Shown: positions 10,701 to 17,968 of the stretch, one piece after another
How positions within the stretch are numbered: position 1 is the first letter of the stretch
Layout of the letters: every line of letters starts with the position of its first letter
From: Marinicella sp.
Lineage (GTDB): Bacteria; Pseudomonadota; Gammaproteobacteria; Xanthomonadales; Marinicellaceae
Length of the DNA stretch: 64,000 nucleotides
Direction of reading: 5' to 3'
NCBI GenBank assembly: GCA_965230295.1
Contig: OZ246001.1
Coordinates: forward strand, 3,168,001-3,232,000
Made by a program: the position numbers and the translations under genes
Notes under the pieces: generated by a model
Told to the model about the DNA's origin: nothing
Database searches by the model: none
The model's input: the letters and a program-made list of their open reading frames with translations, nothing else

Positions 10701-10705
10701 AATAA
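4793..10705 (+). CDS. Large secreted adhesin-like protein (DUF11-like Ig repeats, beta-helix-like regions, Big/cadherin-like domain)
   Basis: Signal peptide ...TNAFA; four FxKSF...TTTLTFTIDN repeats; two WFDGxNW modules; AIDDAFTVAED and VNDAPSF; DLIFANGFE; terminal DYDGDG. Confidence 0.85.
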   Translation: MTMKKAINISLATIFLFLSTNAFAQAPRFSKSFSDGLINVGETTTLTFTIDNSNSVLDLENAIFRDDYPLGLQTAAPSNLSFNCSGGIGNNLTYIETNLYVNAGEVCTVSIDVTGVSAGLQVNTTSEMTSSLGNAGPAQASIVVKDAGSPAFTKSFGAAQIEVGEVTFLEFSIDNTANASAANNLTFIDVLPPGIQVATPDNLDSSCGGITGVLSNQVDLSGTSLAAGESCLISLDVVGVSPGIQENITIDLTSSAGNSGPAVSSIEVLATPVPVFNKSFADASIEVGGTTTLTFTIDNTSVVTDANGMAFDDVLPAGIEIAVPDNLSNSCGGVVNLTPGQLSFSGGSVTANNSCQISVDVEGTNAGIQNNITTNLTSSIGASNPATDQIIIRDSGTPGFTMSFAASVVGQNTPVALTFMIDNSAIGSDATNMNFSHTLPTDMAIAALPNVSNNCTGGTVTAISGSSVISYNSGTVGANQSCELSVDVVGLEPGIYVNITSDLVSSLGNSGPALANLEVLIAPDFSLNTQTNYMSVGGVTTITYLISHLDGDADANSLNLTHLLPGGLELATPANAAHTCDGGVLTAVDGSNVLTYTGGALMQGSLCNISVDIMATSLGVQNGSSDDLTSNLGNSGSVDLNIEVIDAIEWNVAGSASWFDGANWMPNQVPNSALNVKINNGGTSAVGLDDDDIAMLDFGVGVDGGSGFLTFADDTSSEIEVNGAFDIGVTAQGSSTSTGRVEFLGDSNSLFDFRSDPSTMRIGVTQTDGDADGTLVFLDSFISSSPQFDALMVGVSDGSGSAMGTLVAVDANTSSIQTENNPVMIGVANSSGDATAIFNGTEVQNVGSFDAGVSHGAGHANATVDLGFSFKGTTNGGLQGPANIGITNDTGSATAVVNQQLDIFGTVTASRFTELNVGIANGTGAANGTLRNSNGISIPVINVGLNPGGGTADGLIYVDHGLIDTTTLTLGAGSVLQLNANSTTRAGNGFSGTVYSAVNANTAVLAGELIIDVSFLLTSPATFEVVNTNSPTGITGVFSTVTVNNLPSGFVVSSGVQLDNLGNQQFVVNITGTPVLPEWDNVNTGVDAGDWFDGGNWSGGFVPLAVDPAIVNNGGEALADSQTAPGTVSPRDIIIGQDGGTGIFRSEGVDVVPGFSFLIAKVSPLISAEQTATGDVVINDANIIVPPNDSPSTSVFDPGSVLAVGFAQGGGTADASMVVNNGSIQVGDDVLIGAALPIAVDATPTADASFTFNGAGIDVSTIEADSGNGDVHIAFAQDSNSGPGASPTAIATANINNATINADINIAETDAFTDDAISQATANNVVLSNLFVTGDLDIADVGAFDPRVQVTATATATITDVTFGPDSGSFSIGNVNAGDPDAIGTSISTSTWTRVSITDSDSDFGVADVSANRSNTVATVDAEVTFIDSILSIDDLNVGDVYAQENGVGNLTATLNLEQNTTVTGQELVLGEYSINDTARATSTVNLNVTDSTISLGDETVLGETRGSSTNSATEIIIGMTMTNSSLVSPAVNIAESLSPAGSLSATLSLNSGYVDTDALDLGTDGTIVFGLNGANRATLANVGDTNTYSAIDASDATIAGNIVVDFISPPPGGFFTYDLIVTESATALDDFSATASVLNLPASVNVSFFGVAEDNGVDVLRLVVASPLAIDDAFTVAEDSVNQSFDVQLNDDNLAINGVIIEAVSTPTFGSVSIAAGNDALIYSAGPDFCTIDSSLDTFTYTISGGSVATVTVNVTCVNDAPSFNVLGDVVVNTFDVSNNPLLISDFAENITLGPANESGQQIEGFNITVQSDTNGILSGISLANDATLSVNFSGSFGTALVDVTLQDNGGTANNGFDTSAVQSFSVIHTDLIFANGFEQATVFKVVNYLVKVQEQSVLGQGPVYLDAYDAIEFNGEIYRLYQDHHSVQQVAALNSWLHEVLMFTEPFEDYDGDGTQNLFDPQPFSANK

Positions 10706-10720
10706 CAATCTTGTTAACCT

Positions 10721-10755
10721 AAAAAAAAAGCCAGCTCCTAAAGCTGGCTTTTTTT
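10721..10755 (+). terminator. Rho-independent terminator
   Basis: A-tract, AAGCCAGCT-CCTAA-AGCTGGCTT stem, T-tract just after the stop at 10705. Confidence 0.85.
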
Positions 10756-10772
10756 ATGTCAATCACCTCAAA

Positions 10773-10821
10773 ACTAATCATCCGACCAAGGACTGGCATT
10801 CAATACACCACAAGCAAAATC
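10773..10821 (-). pseudogene. Diverged copy of the 3' end of the 15800-17422 gene (left arm of a direct repeat)
   Basis: 41/49 identical to 15799-15847; minus strand reads DFACGVLNASPWSDD* versus DFVWGVLNANPLSDD*. Confidence 0.8.
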
Positions 10822-11007
10822 CTAAGTCATTATTCAAAAACTCTAATGGGTGTTTGTCTGCGTTTTTGCCAATAACAAAAGATGTTCGCTCGTTTGACAT
10901 TTAGACACCTAAAAAAGCAGCAAAGCATAAATATTCATGGTTTTAGATTGATTTAAAACATTGTAAGAATTCTATATTAGTGTTATTTTGGATAATAAAA
11001 ATATTAA

Positions 11008-13698
11008 ATGATGCAAAAATCTCAAGAACTCAAACCCCATCAAGAATTAGCTGTTCATAGAATTAAAAATTCAATCCTGCTAAAAAATAACACTTTCACA
11101 AATGCTTATATTGCCTCTGGCGCTGGGCTCGGTCGGGTATCAATTGAAATATTGCTGTGGTTATTTGATAGATATGAAAATCTAATTGTAGTCACTGATA
11201 AAAAAATATTGCTACAACAATTGAACAAGGAGTTCAGACAATTTTTAAATATCGAAGAAACAGATCGGAAAAATCAATTCGATTCAAATCAAGAAATAAA
11301 AATTAATGATTCCTCAGTTAAATTTACTACGGTACAAAAGTTATTGTCTGATAATATCTCGATGGATTACCAAAAAAATGTAAATTGCATTTTGTTGTAT
11401 GACATGCCAGCAAATAGCCAAGTCAAACTGGTTAATTCATATTTAAATGATGAAAATAATATTAAAGTAATTTCATTGTCAGGTTATGAAATTAGGTCAA
11501 CAGAATGGAGAAAAATATTCGGAGATCCTGCTTTTGTATATTCATATGAGGATGCTATACAAGATGGTATTCTAAAGCCAGTCAAGTTTTTTCCAATAAC
11601 AGATCAACCAATTCAGTATTTTTATGATTCGGAGCAAATTAAAAACTTTTTGGATGTGTTGGTTGATGAAGTTAATTTAAATTATTCAGATAAACTGCTT
11701 ATTGTTTGTAAAAATACTTTAGAAGCAGAGCAAATTCATAGGTACTTTAAGAGTACTAACTATGAATCCTATTTATTAGTTTCTCAAAGAAAAAGGCTGA
11801 ATTATGATTTTTCAAGATTTATTAATAATACAAATAGTTGTATAGGAATAGTGGTCAATATTTTAACTGGCTTTAAGGTTCCTGAATTGAAAAACATTGT
11901 TTTGTTGTCATCAATAACTTCTGAGTTAAAGTTCAATAACATCATTTCATTAATCAGTCATAACAATTATTCTAACGATCTCGGAACGATTTGGGATTTT
12001 GGAGGTAATAAAAAACTAATAAAGAACGAATATGTAGTGATTGATGAATACGATAACTATGGGAGATTTGGTTTCTTGGATGAGTTTGATAACCTGTCTT
12101 ATGAAAGAAATACCCTAAGTAAATCAAACAGTGAATTTGATGATAACATCAAAGATTCTCAAGGTTTCAATGAAACAGAAGAAAGTGCTTCTACAAGATT
12201 TTTAGCTAATCCACATCATGACAAACCATCTAAAGTAGATCTGCTTGGAAGAGATGGGTTGGTTCACATTCTTAAAGGGATCATTAATAGAAACTCTAAT
12301 AAGCACATGATAATTTCTCTGTTTGGCCGATGGGGAAGTGGGAAAAGCTCAGTTATTGAGATATTGGAACAAAAGTTTGATGATGAAACTACTCATTTCA
12401 TAGTATTTAATGCTTGGCTAAACAGTCATACTGAGAATATGGTTGCATCAATTGCAACAAAAATTACTACCAGTATTTATTCAACAAAAGGTTCGTTAGC
12501 AAAGAATTTTTTAAGTTTTAAGTGGCACTTAAAGAATAAAAAAACTGATTTCAAATTATACTTTCTGGTATTAATTCTTCTGGTTATAACATTTTTTGCC
12601 TATTCAGTTTTAACTGGAGCAACTTTCCCAAAAGGCATTAGCTTAGGGGTTGTATTGACTGCTGTTTTGGCTCCATTTATAAAACTAATGTTCAATGCAT
12701 ACTCTAAATCGTTATTAATGAAGTTTAATAAAATTACAAAAAAGCCGAGCTATAAAACGCATATTGGTGTTTCAGAAACTATAAAAAATGAAATAAAAAA
12801 CCTCTTAATTATTCATGCAAAGTCTAAAAAAAGTCTGAAATACATTGTTGTAATTGATGATTTAGACAGGTGCTCAGATCAAAAGATTATTGATACCCTA
12901 GAGGCTGTACAGTTGGTTGTAGATATCGAGAATGTAATTGTTATTGTTGCTATTGATGAAGAAGTATTGATGCAAGCGGTTGCTAACTCATACAAAAGGC
13001 AACGAACAGATATTGATGACAATAAAGCATTTAGCTTGGCAAGAGACTTTTTGGGCAAAATTCTTCAAGTGACAATAACACTGGATAAACCCAATATGAC
13101 AAAACGAAAATTTTTTATCAAAGAAAGGTTGTATCCAGACGTACTCAAAAATGAAGAGTCCAGTGATCTCTCAAATTTAAACACGCTTAAAACAAGTAGT
13201 CAGTCTGGTTTGATTAAACATGAGAGTGAAAACTTATTCGATTATGAGTTGGATTTTGACGAAGATGACTCTTATGATATCAGTGAAAAATACTTAAGTG
13301 ATTCAGTTGATGAGTATGAGTTTTTCGAAAATTGTGTAGAAATTTTTAATATTGACAATCCTCGAACTATGATAAGACTTCATAACATTATTACTATTTG
13401 TAAAGGTTTATATCCAAACATTACCAGTACAAAAGAAAAACTTAGGATTTATATGTTTATTTCTTTTTGGTATGAAAAATATTCCAGCTCTATAGGCGAA
13501 GAAAAAACAAAACTATATGAGTTGATCAATAGTTTTGAATTAGATCAAAATGATTCAATTTCTGTATTCGCCAATAGAATTGGTGTTTTTAATAATGCAA
13601 AATACGATATTAAAAAAATTATCAGTAGAGTAAAGAATCTATCCTTACCCAGAAATGATTTAGAAAATTTCGATGCAGGTGATATGAAAGGCAATTGA
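11008..13698 (+). CDS. Degenerate HsdR-like SF2 motor domain fused to a membrane KAP-family P-loop NTPase
   Basis: KAP motifs GRWGSGKSS, two TM helices, IVVIDDLDRC, FLGKILQV, NPRTMIRLHN; N-half FGDPAFVYSYEDAIQDGIL aligns with HsdR; strongly AT-rich. Confidence 0.8.
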   Translation: MMQKSQELKPHQELAVHRIKNSILLKNNTFTNAYIASGAGLGRVSIEILLWLFDRYENLIVVTDKKILLQQLNKEFRQFLNIEETDRKNQFDSNQEIKINDSSVKFTTVQKLLSDNISMDYQKNVNCILLYDMPANSQVKLVNSYLNDENNIKVISLSGYEIRSTEWRKIFGDPAFVYSYEDAIQDGILKPVKFFPITDQPIQYFYDSEQIKNFLDVLVDEVNLNYSDKLLIVCKNTLEAEQIHRYFKSTNYESYLLVSQRKRLNYDFSRFINNTNSCIGIVVNILTGFKVPELKNIVLLSSITSELKFNNIISLISHNNYSNDLGTIWDFGGNKKLIKNEYVVIDEYDNYGRFGFLDEFDNLSYERNTLSKSNSEFDDNIKDSQGFNETEESASTRFLANPHHDKPSKVDLLGRDGLVHILKGIINRNSNKHMIISLFGRWGSGKSSVIEILEQKFDDETTHFIVFNAWLNSHTENMVASIATKITTSIYSTKGSLAKNFLSFKWHLKNKKTDFKLYFLVLILLVITFFAYSVLTGATFPKGISLGVVLTAVLAPFIKLMFNAYSKSLLMKFNKITKKPSYKTHIGVSETIKNEIKNLLIIHAKSKKSLKYIVVIDDLDRCSDQKIIDTLEAVQLVVDIENVIVIVAIDEEVLMQAVANSYKRQRTDIDDNKAFSLARDFLGKILQVTITLDKPNMTKRKFFIKERLYPDVLKNEESSDLSNLNTLKTSSQSGLIKHESENLFDYELDFDEDDSYDISEKYLSDSVDEYEFFENCVEIFNIDNPRTMIRLHNIITICKGLYPNITSTKEKLRIYMFISFWYEKYSSSIGEEKTKLYELINSFELDQNDSISVFANRIGVFNNAKYDIKKIISRVKNLSLPRNDLENFDAGDMKGN

Positions 13699-13852
13699 TA
13701 AACAATTTCAGTGGGATATAAAAATAAATAGGGCAAATCTGTTAAAACTGACTGGATAACACATGCAAAAGAATTGAATGGATTGAAACTGAAACCAGCT
13801 AATAATAGACCTTCTTATGAAAGTAAAACGCCCAAAGTACTATGAAAGTACT

Positions 13853-13864
13853 AAGGACAGGCAC
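13853..13864 (+). repeat. Solo copy of the transposase-end motif
   Basis: AAGGACAGGCAC, preceded by a local TATGAAAGTA duplication. Confidence 0.55.
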
Positions 13865-13896
13865 TACTAATAATTCTAATGGAAACCTGTTCTCGA

Positions 13897-14310
13897 TCAG
13901 TTCTTATTTCTTGTGACCACCACCGAAGCACTGGATCGTTCAGCGCCAACATCACACACGGCCTCGATGTTGTTGCCATCCGGATCCAACAGAAACGCGG
14001 CGTAATAAGAGTCGTGATAGCCTCGATAACCAGGCTTCCCGTTATCTTTGCCACCTGCATTCAGCCCCGCCTCATAAAATGCATGCACATCTTCGATAGA
14101 TTCAGCTTGCAAAGCCAAATGAAAATAAGCTGCTCGAGCACTGTCTTCGGCGATGTAAAACTCATCGAAATTGAATTCGTTATCGCCAACCCTAAAGCCA
14201 TCGCCCTTGCCAAGTGCATTCAGAATCGCTGAATAAAAGTGCTTACTCAGCTCGAGGTCTGAGACATAAACCCCAATATGATCAATCATTCTGCCTTGGT
14301 GGTATTTCAT
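13897..14310 (-). CDS. VOC (glyoxalase/bleomycin resistance) family protein
   Basis: MIDHIGVYVSDL, FHLAL, YYAAFLLDPDGNNIEAV; start may be ATG at 14289. Confidence 0.92.
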   Translation of the reverse strand: MKYHQGRMIDHIGVYVSDLELSKHFYSAILNALGKGDGFRVGDNEFNFDEFYIAEDSARAAYFHLALQAESIEDVHAFYEAGLNAGGKDNGKPGYRGYHDSYYAAFLLDPDGNNIEAVCDVGAERSSASVVVTRNKN

Positions 14311-14483
14311 ATCGCCCCCAAAAACACATCATTATAGAATGTAGTTGCAAGAATGTTCGGTGTCATCTTTTTCCTCAGTTGTTGATGTGCTTTGGGACTA
14401 GATATTACCACAATTAATTAAATGATCCTGATACCTATAACAGCTTGTGGGGCCCACAATGACAGTCATATTGAGGTAAAACC

Positions 14484-14495
14484 AAGGACAGGCAC
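14484..14495 (+). repeat. Solo copy of the transposase-end motif
   Basis: AAGGACAGGCAC, intergenic. Confidence 0.55.
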
Positions 14496-14601
14496 TGCTC
14501 AAAGAAACCAGTTTGAGTTTAAATTGATTAATTGAAGAACTGATCGTCAGTTTTCAGAGGTTGAGCACCTTGGCCCAATTCAGTTTATAATAAATTGTTG
14601 T

Positions 14602-15714
14602 ATGAATATGGATCAAAAAAACGGCCTATTGATTGTGGCACTCATGTTGTTGCTGTTTTCTTGTACCAACCACCACCAAACAAAGAAACAAGCTGCTTTC
14701 AAAGCATTCCTCTATGACATCATGATTGAATATCATTTGCCAGGATTGGCCGTGGCAGTCATCAGTGACGGAAAATTAATTGCGGTAGAAGAATTGGGTC
14801 TGCGCAGGGTCGACCTGAACACCCCCATACAAACTAATGACTCATTTCATGTGGGCTCTGTGAGTAAACCCATTTCAACAACTGTCATCGCGACCTTGGT
14901 TGAAGAGGGGATATTAAGTTGGGATACATCAATCAAAGCAGTGTTTCCGGAATTGGTTGGCGTCACACAAAACCAATATCATGATGTCTCAATTAAACAG
15001 CTACTGGCCCACCGAGGTGGAATCCTGGCCTGGGAGGAAGACGAAGAAATTGCTTTATTTAAACCTGAAAAGGGCAGTGCCCGAAATCAGCGGTATGCTG
15101 CTGTGACCTGGTTGTTGAACCAGACGCCTGTGGCTGAACCCGGGACAGCACATGTTTATTCAAATGCCGGTTACATGATTGCCGCAGCGATGGCCGAGAA
15201 GGTCACAGGAAAAGCATGGGAAACTTTGGTGATCGAACGCTTGGCGGTTCCGTTGGACCTTGAAAGTTTAGGCTTTGGCTGGCCTGCCAAAGAGGATGCC
15301 GATCAACCATGGGGCCATTACATGGTTGAAAATAACCCCATACCCCATCACCTGGATGACCTTTATGCTGCCGGACCGTTGTTGGTACCAGCAGGCGACA
15401 TTCACATGAACATCAGGGATTTGGCAAGCATCGCTCAACTGCACTTGGATGGCTTGCAGGAAAAGGCCCGACTATTAAGACCTGAGACCTTTGCTGAATT
15501 ACACAACCCGATGGGAGATTATGCTTTGGGCTGGAATATTCGATCAACAGCCAGCCACCATTTAGGTGGACTTGGCACATTCCTATCGGCAATTTGGATA
15601 TCTGTACCAAGAAACATTGCCGTTGTCATTTCGACCAATACCGATGCAGACAACGCCATTGCATCTAAAATCATCAGTGAATCCATTAAAACTTTCAACA
15701 CCGAAAGCCAATGA
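14602..15714 (+). CDS. Serine hydrolase, beta-lactamase class C-like family; probable lipoprotein
   Basis: SxxK (GSVSK), LLAHRGG, YSN, HLG; lipobox LLFSC. Confidence 0.88.
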   Translation: MNMDQKNGLLIVALMLLLFSCTNHHQTKKQAAFKAFLYDIMIEYHLPGLAVAVISDGKLIAVEELGLRRVDLNTPIQTNDSFHVGSVSKPISTTVIATLVEEGILSWDTSIKAVFPELVGVTQNQYHDVSIKQLLAHRGGILAWEEDEEIALFKPEKGSARNQRYAAVTWLLNQTPVAEPGTAHVYSNAGYMIAAAMAEKVTGKAWETLVIERLAVPLDLESLGFGWPAKEDADQPWGHYMVENNPIPHHLDDLYAAGPLLVPAGDIHMNIRDLASIAQLHLDGLQEKARLLRPETFAELHNPMGDYALGWNIRSTASHHLGGLGTFLSAIWISVPRNIAVVISTNTDADNAIASKIISESIKTFNTESQ

Positions 15715-15744
15715 TGCGAATCATTGGCAGGCACTACCAGTCAC

Positions 15745-15774
15745 AAAAAAGCCAGCTGAATAAAACTGGCTTTT
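15745..15774. terminator. Bidirectional terminator between convergent genes
   Basis: AAAAAAGCCAGCT-GAATA-AAACTGGCTTTT. Confidence 0.7.
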
Positions 15775-15799
15775 CATATCGATATCAAGAAGTTAGTTA

Positions 15800-17422
15800 C
15801 TAATCATCCGACAAAGGATTGGCATTCAGCACACCCCAGACAAAGTCTGATCGGGCCGTATTCAATTGTGTCGTGCCAGGGGTGAAAAACACCGCACGTT
15901 CAGGTGCGCCGTTGGTGACCTTACCGATCCCATCCAAAGATAAATTCATGGTGCCACCGACAGTATTGCCGTTAGGTCCTTGACCATTGGCGCCGGCTTG
16001 CACATGACAGCTCATACACGATGAGGTATTAACAAAACCACCTTCGGTCACCGATGCACCCATGATTACCGGTGAGCCATCGTTGTTGTAATAATTGGTT
16101 TGGGTGCCTTTGAGCCGGTAATTCTGCCAGGCACCACTGCTGACTGTAGGCATGGGGTGTTTACTACTGGCGTGAGTGACTTTCCCTTGGCCAACCTTCA
16201 TGCCTTTGAACAGGGCGGCCAACTGGGGCGTCATGTCAGTCGAAGCGTATTTCTCATTGCGCACAAACAAAGTGTCTTTCAGTTCAGTGGTGATCTGTTT
16301 GGGCGGGATGTAATGACTCATGAATTCACCTTCACTGCCATCCGCCAGTTTCAAAGAGACACTGTATTGAAACCCAAAACTGTCCTTACAGCCGATGTAA
16401 TCACAGCGACCGATGTTATTCACATGTTCGAAAGCAAACCAGTGCCAGTTCGGCAGGGCTTTGGACGCACCGGTGACTGCCACCAGATAATGTGTCTTGA
16501 CCTTCTGGGTGTCAGGATTTTCGATGTTCATGGTGATGTAAGGATGATCCGCATGGTTCATCGGTGTGCTTGGATCATCATCATGATCACTGATGTAACC
16601 CAGTTCCTTCATCACCGTTTCCTCGATAAAATCAACTTTGAACATCACCGCTTCTTGTGGATAACTCACCCCTTGGCCCAGTGGCCGATAAGGTGCTTGA
16701 CTTGCGGCCTGAAACTGCTGTTCTTTAAACACATCGACCAAGCCATTGCTGTGGTACAGATCATTGACCACGCTGTAATTAAAGAACGGTTTGTTGTGAT
16801 ATACGATCTCGGCTTCGGTGTCCCTGGCGACACGCGAAATGTCATCATCCAGCACTTTGGCCTGACTGGCCAGATGCGGCGACAGGCCGTGCTTGTCTTT
16901 GAATTCAGTCAGCTCGATACCACCATTGGCTTTTGGAAACATAGGGCAGTGCGCATCACCACCCGGCGAATTGCCCCGGAATGTGGTCTTACCCGTCTTC
17001 TTATTCAATTCACAACAATCAGTAGAACCTTTATCGGCACAGTAGGCTTTGGGTTTCTGTACCCAGATTTGTTGATCAGTCGCCCAATTGGTCCAGAATT
17101 CCGCTTTCACCGCAGCCAGAAAATGCTTCCAGGCAAAAGCATCCGGACAGGCCATCGCCGGACTGCTGATGTCATTAAAAACCACTTCGCCTTTGCGCAC
17201 CCTGACCGCATCTTTACAATTGGCCGCATCCCGTACCTGACTCTTGAAATACATCGCCTGATCGATACTCGATGGCGAACCCCCAGCGATGGCCAGGCTC
17301 AAAACAGAACCAGACATAACCACCACCAGCCCAAAGACCATCAGTTTTTTTAACTGAGACAAAGAGCCTTTCCATAAGCCCGATTGAATACTCCCATTTG
17401 AAACTTTTTGATTGATACTCAT
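15800..17422 (-). CDS. Exported Cys-rich protein with one C-terminal CxxCH (putative c-type cytochrome)
   Basis: Hydrophobic N-terminal signal, SSCMSCH, several additional Cys; GGGGGAAG RBS. Confidence 0.7.
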   Translation of the reverse strand: MSINQKVSNGSIQSGLWKGSLSQLKKLMVFGLVVVMSGSVLSLAIAGGSPSSIDQAMYFKSQVRDAANCKDAVRVRKGEVVFNDISSPAMACPDAFAWKHFLAAVKAEFWTNWATDQQIWVQKPKAYCADKGSTDCCELNKKTGKTTFRGNSPGGDAHCPMFPKANGGIELTEFKDKHGLSPHLASQAKVLDDDISRVARDTEAEIVYHNKPFFNYSVVNDLYHSNGLVDVFKEQQFQAASQAPYRPLGQGVSYPQEAVMFKVDFIEETVMKELGYISDHDDDPSTPMNHADHPYITMNIENPDTQKVKTHYLVAVTGASKALPNWHWFAFEHVNNIGRCDYIGCKDSFGFQYSVSLKLADGSEGEFMSHYIPPKQITTELKDTLFVRNEKYASTDMTPQLAALFKGMKVGQGKVTHASSKHPMPTVSSGAWQNYRLKGTQTNYYNNDGSPVIMGASVTEGGFVNTSSCMSCHVQAGANGQGPNGNTVGGTMNLSLDGIGKVTNGAPERAVFFTPGTTQLNTARSDFVWGVLNANPLSDD

Positions 17423-17968
17423 ACTTCCCCCTTAATATTAATGATTAATGTTAGCGAAGGAAATGCCAATCAGAATTCACCCATTAAAACTTCCCCGCTA
17501 ATTTATTATACATAAAAGGAGATGTTATATTGGCGGTTATGTCTAGAAGATAAAACGTGCACTTACATATTTAGAAGGCCACAAACTCAAATCAAATCCA
17601 AGACGGTATTTGTCGGCTTCATTTCTGATCCAGGACGTTTGTTGTCGGCATAAGATGAGTGTTTGCAGCCTAGTAAAATTATTGCGATTTACAGTGCTAC
17701 TTGAAATAGAATTTTTCTGAAATATAAGTCAATATAATATTACAGAACTTCATTGAAATTAATGATTTAATGAAAACTGATTCATTTAATCATCTTAATT
17801 GTACGTTCATTAGGAATCGAAACTGTTCAGTACTTTTGGTAATTTTTACATCGTATTTTTGATGAAAGCATAATATTCTAGTACTTACTTTGATTTATAT
17901 GGACAGTGTGATGCAATTGTATTCAATTAATGATTGCATGAGTTAGAATCAAATCATGGAGGGATTTT

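Noticed and set aside
5269-10708. Multiple minus-strand ORFs up to 270 aa
   Set aside because: Antisense shadows of the adhesin gene caused by its codon bias.
10788-10798. AAGGACTGGCA as another transposase-end motif
   Set aside because: Better explained as part of the duplicated 3' end of the 15800-17422 gene.
14602-15714. Bona fide antibiotic-resistance beta-lactamase
   Set aside because: The motifs fit the broad serine hydrolase family (HLG rather than KTG); the substrate cannot be inferred.
16100-17353. 417-aa plus-strand ORF
   Set aside because: Antisense shadow of the 540-aa gene, with no recognisable motifs.
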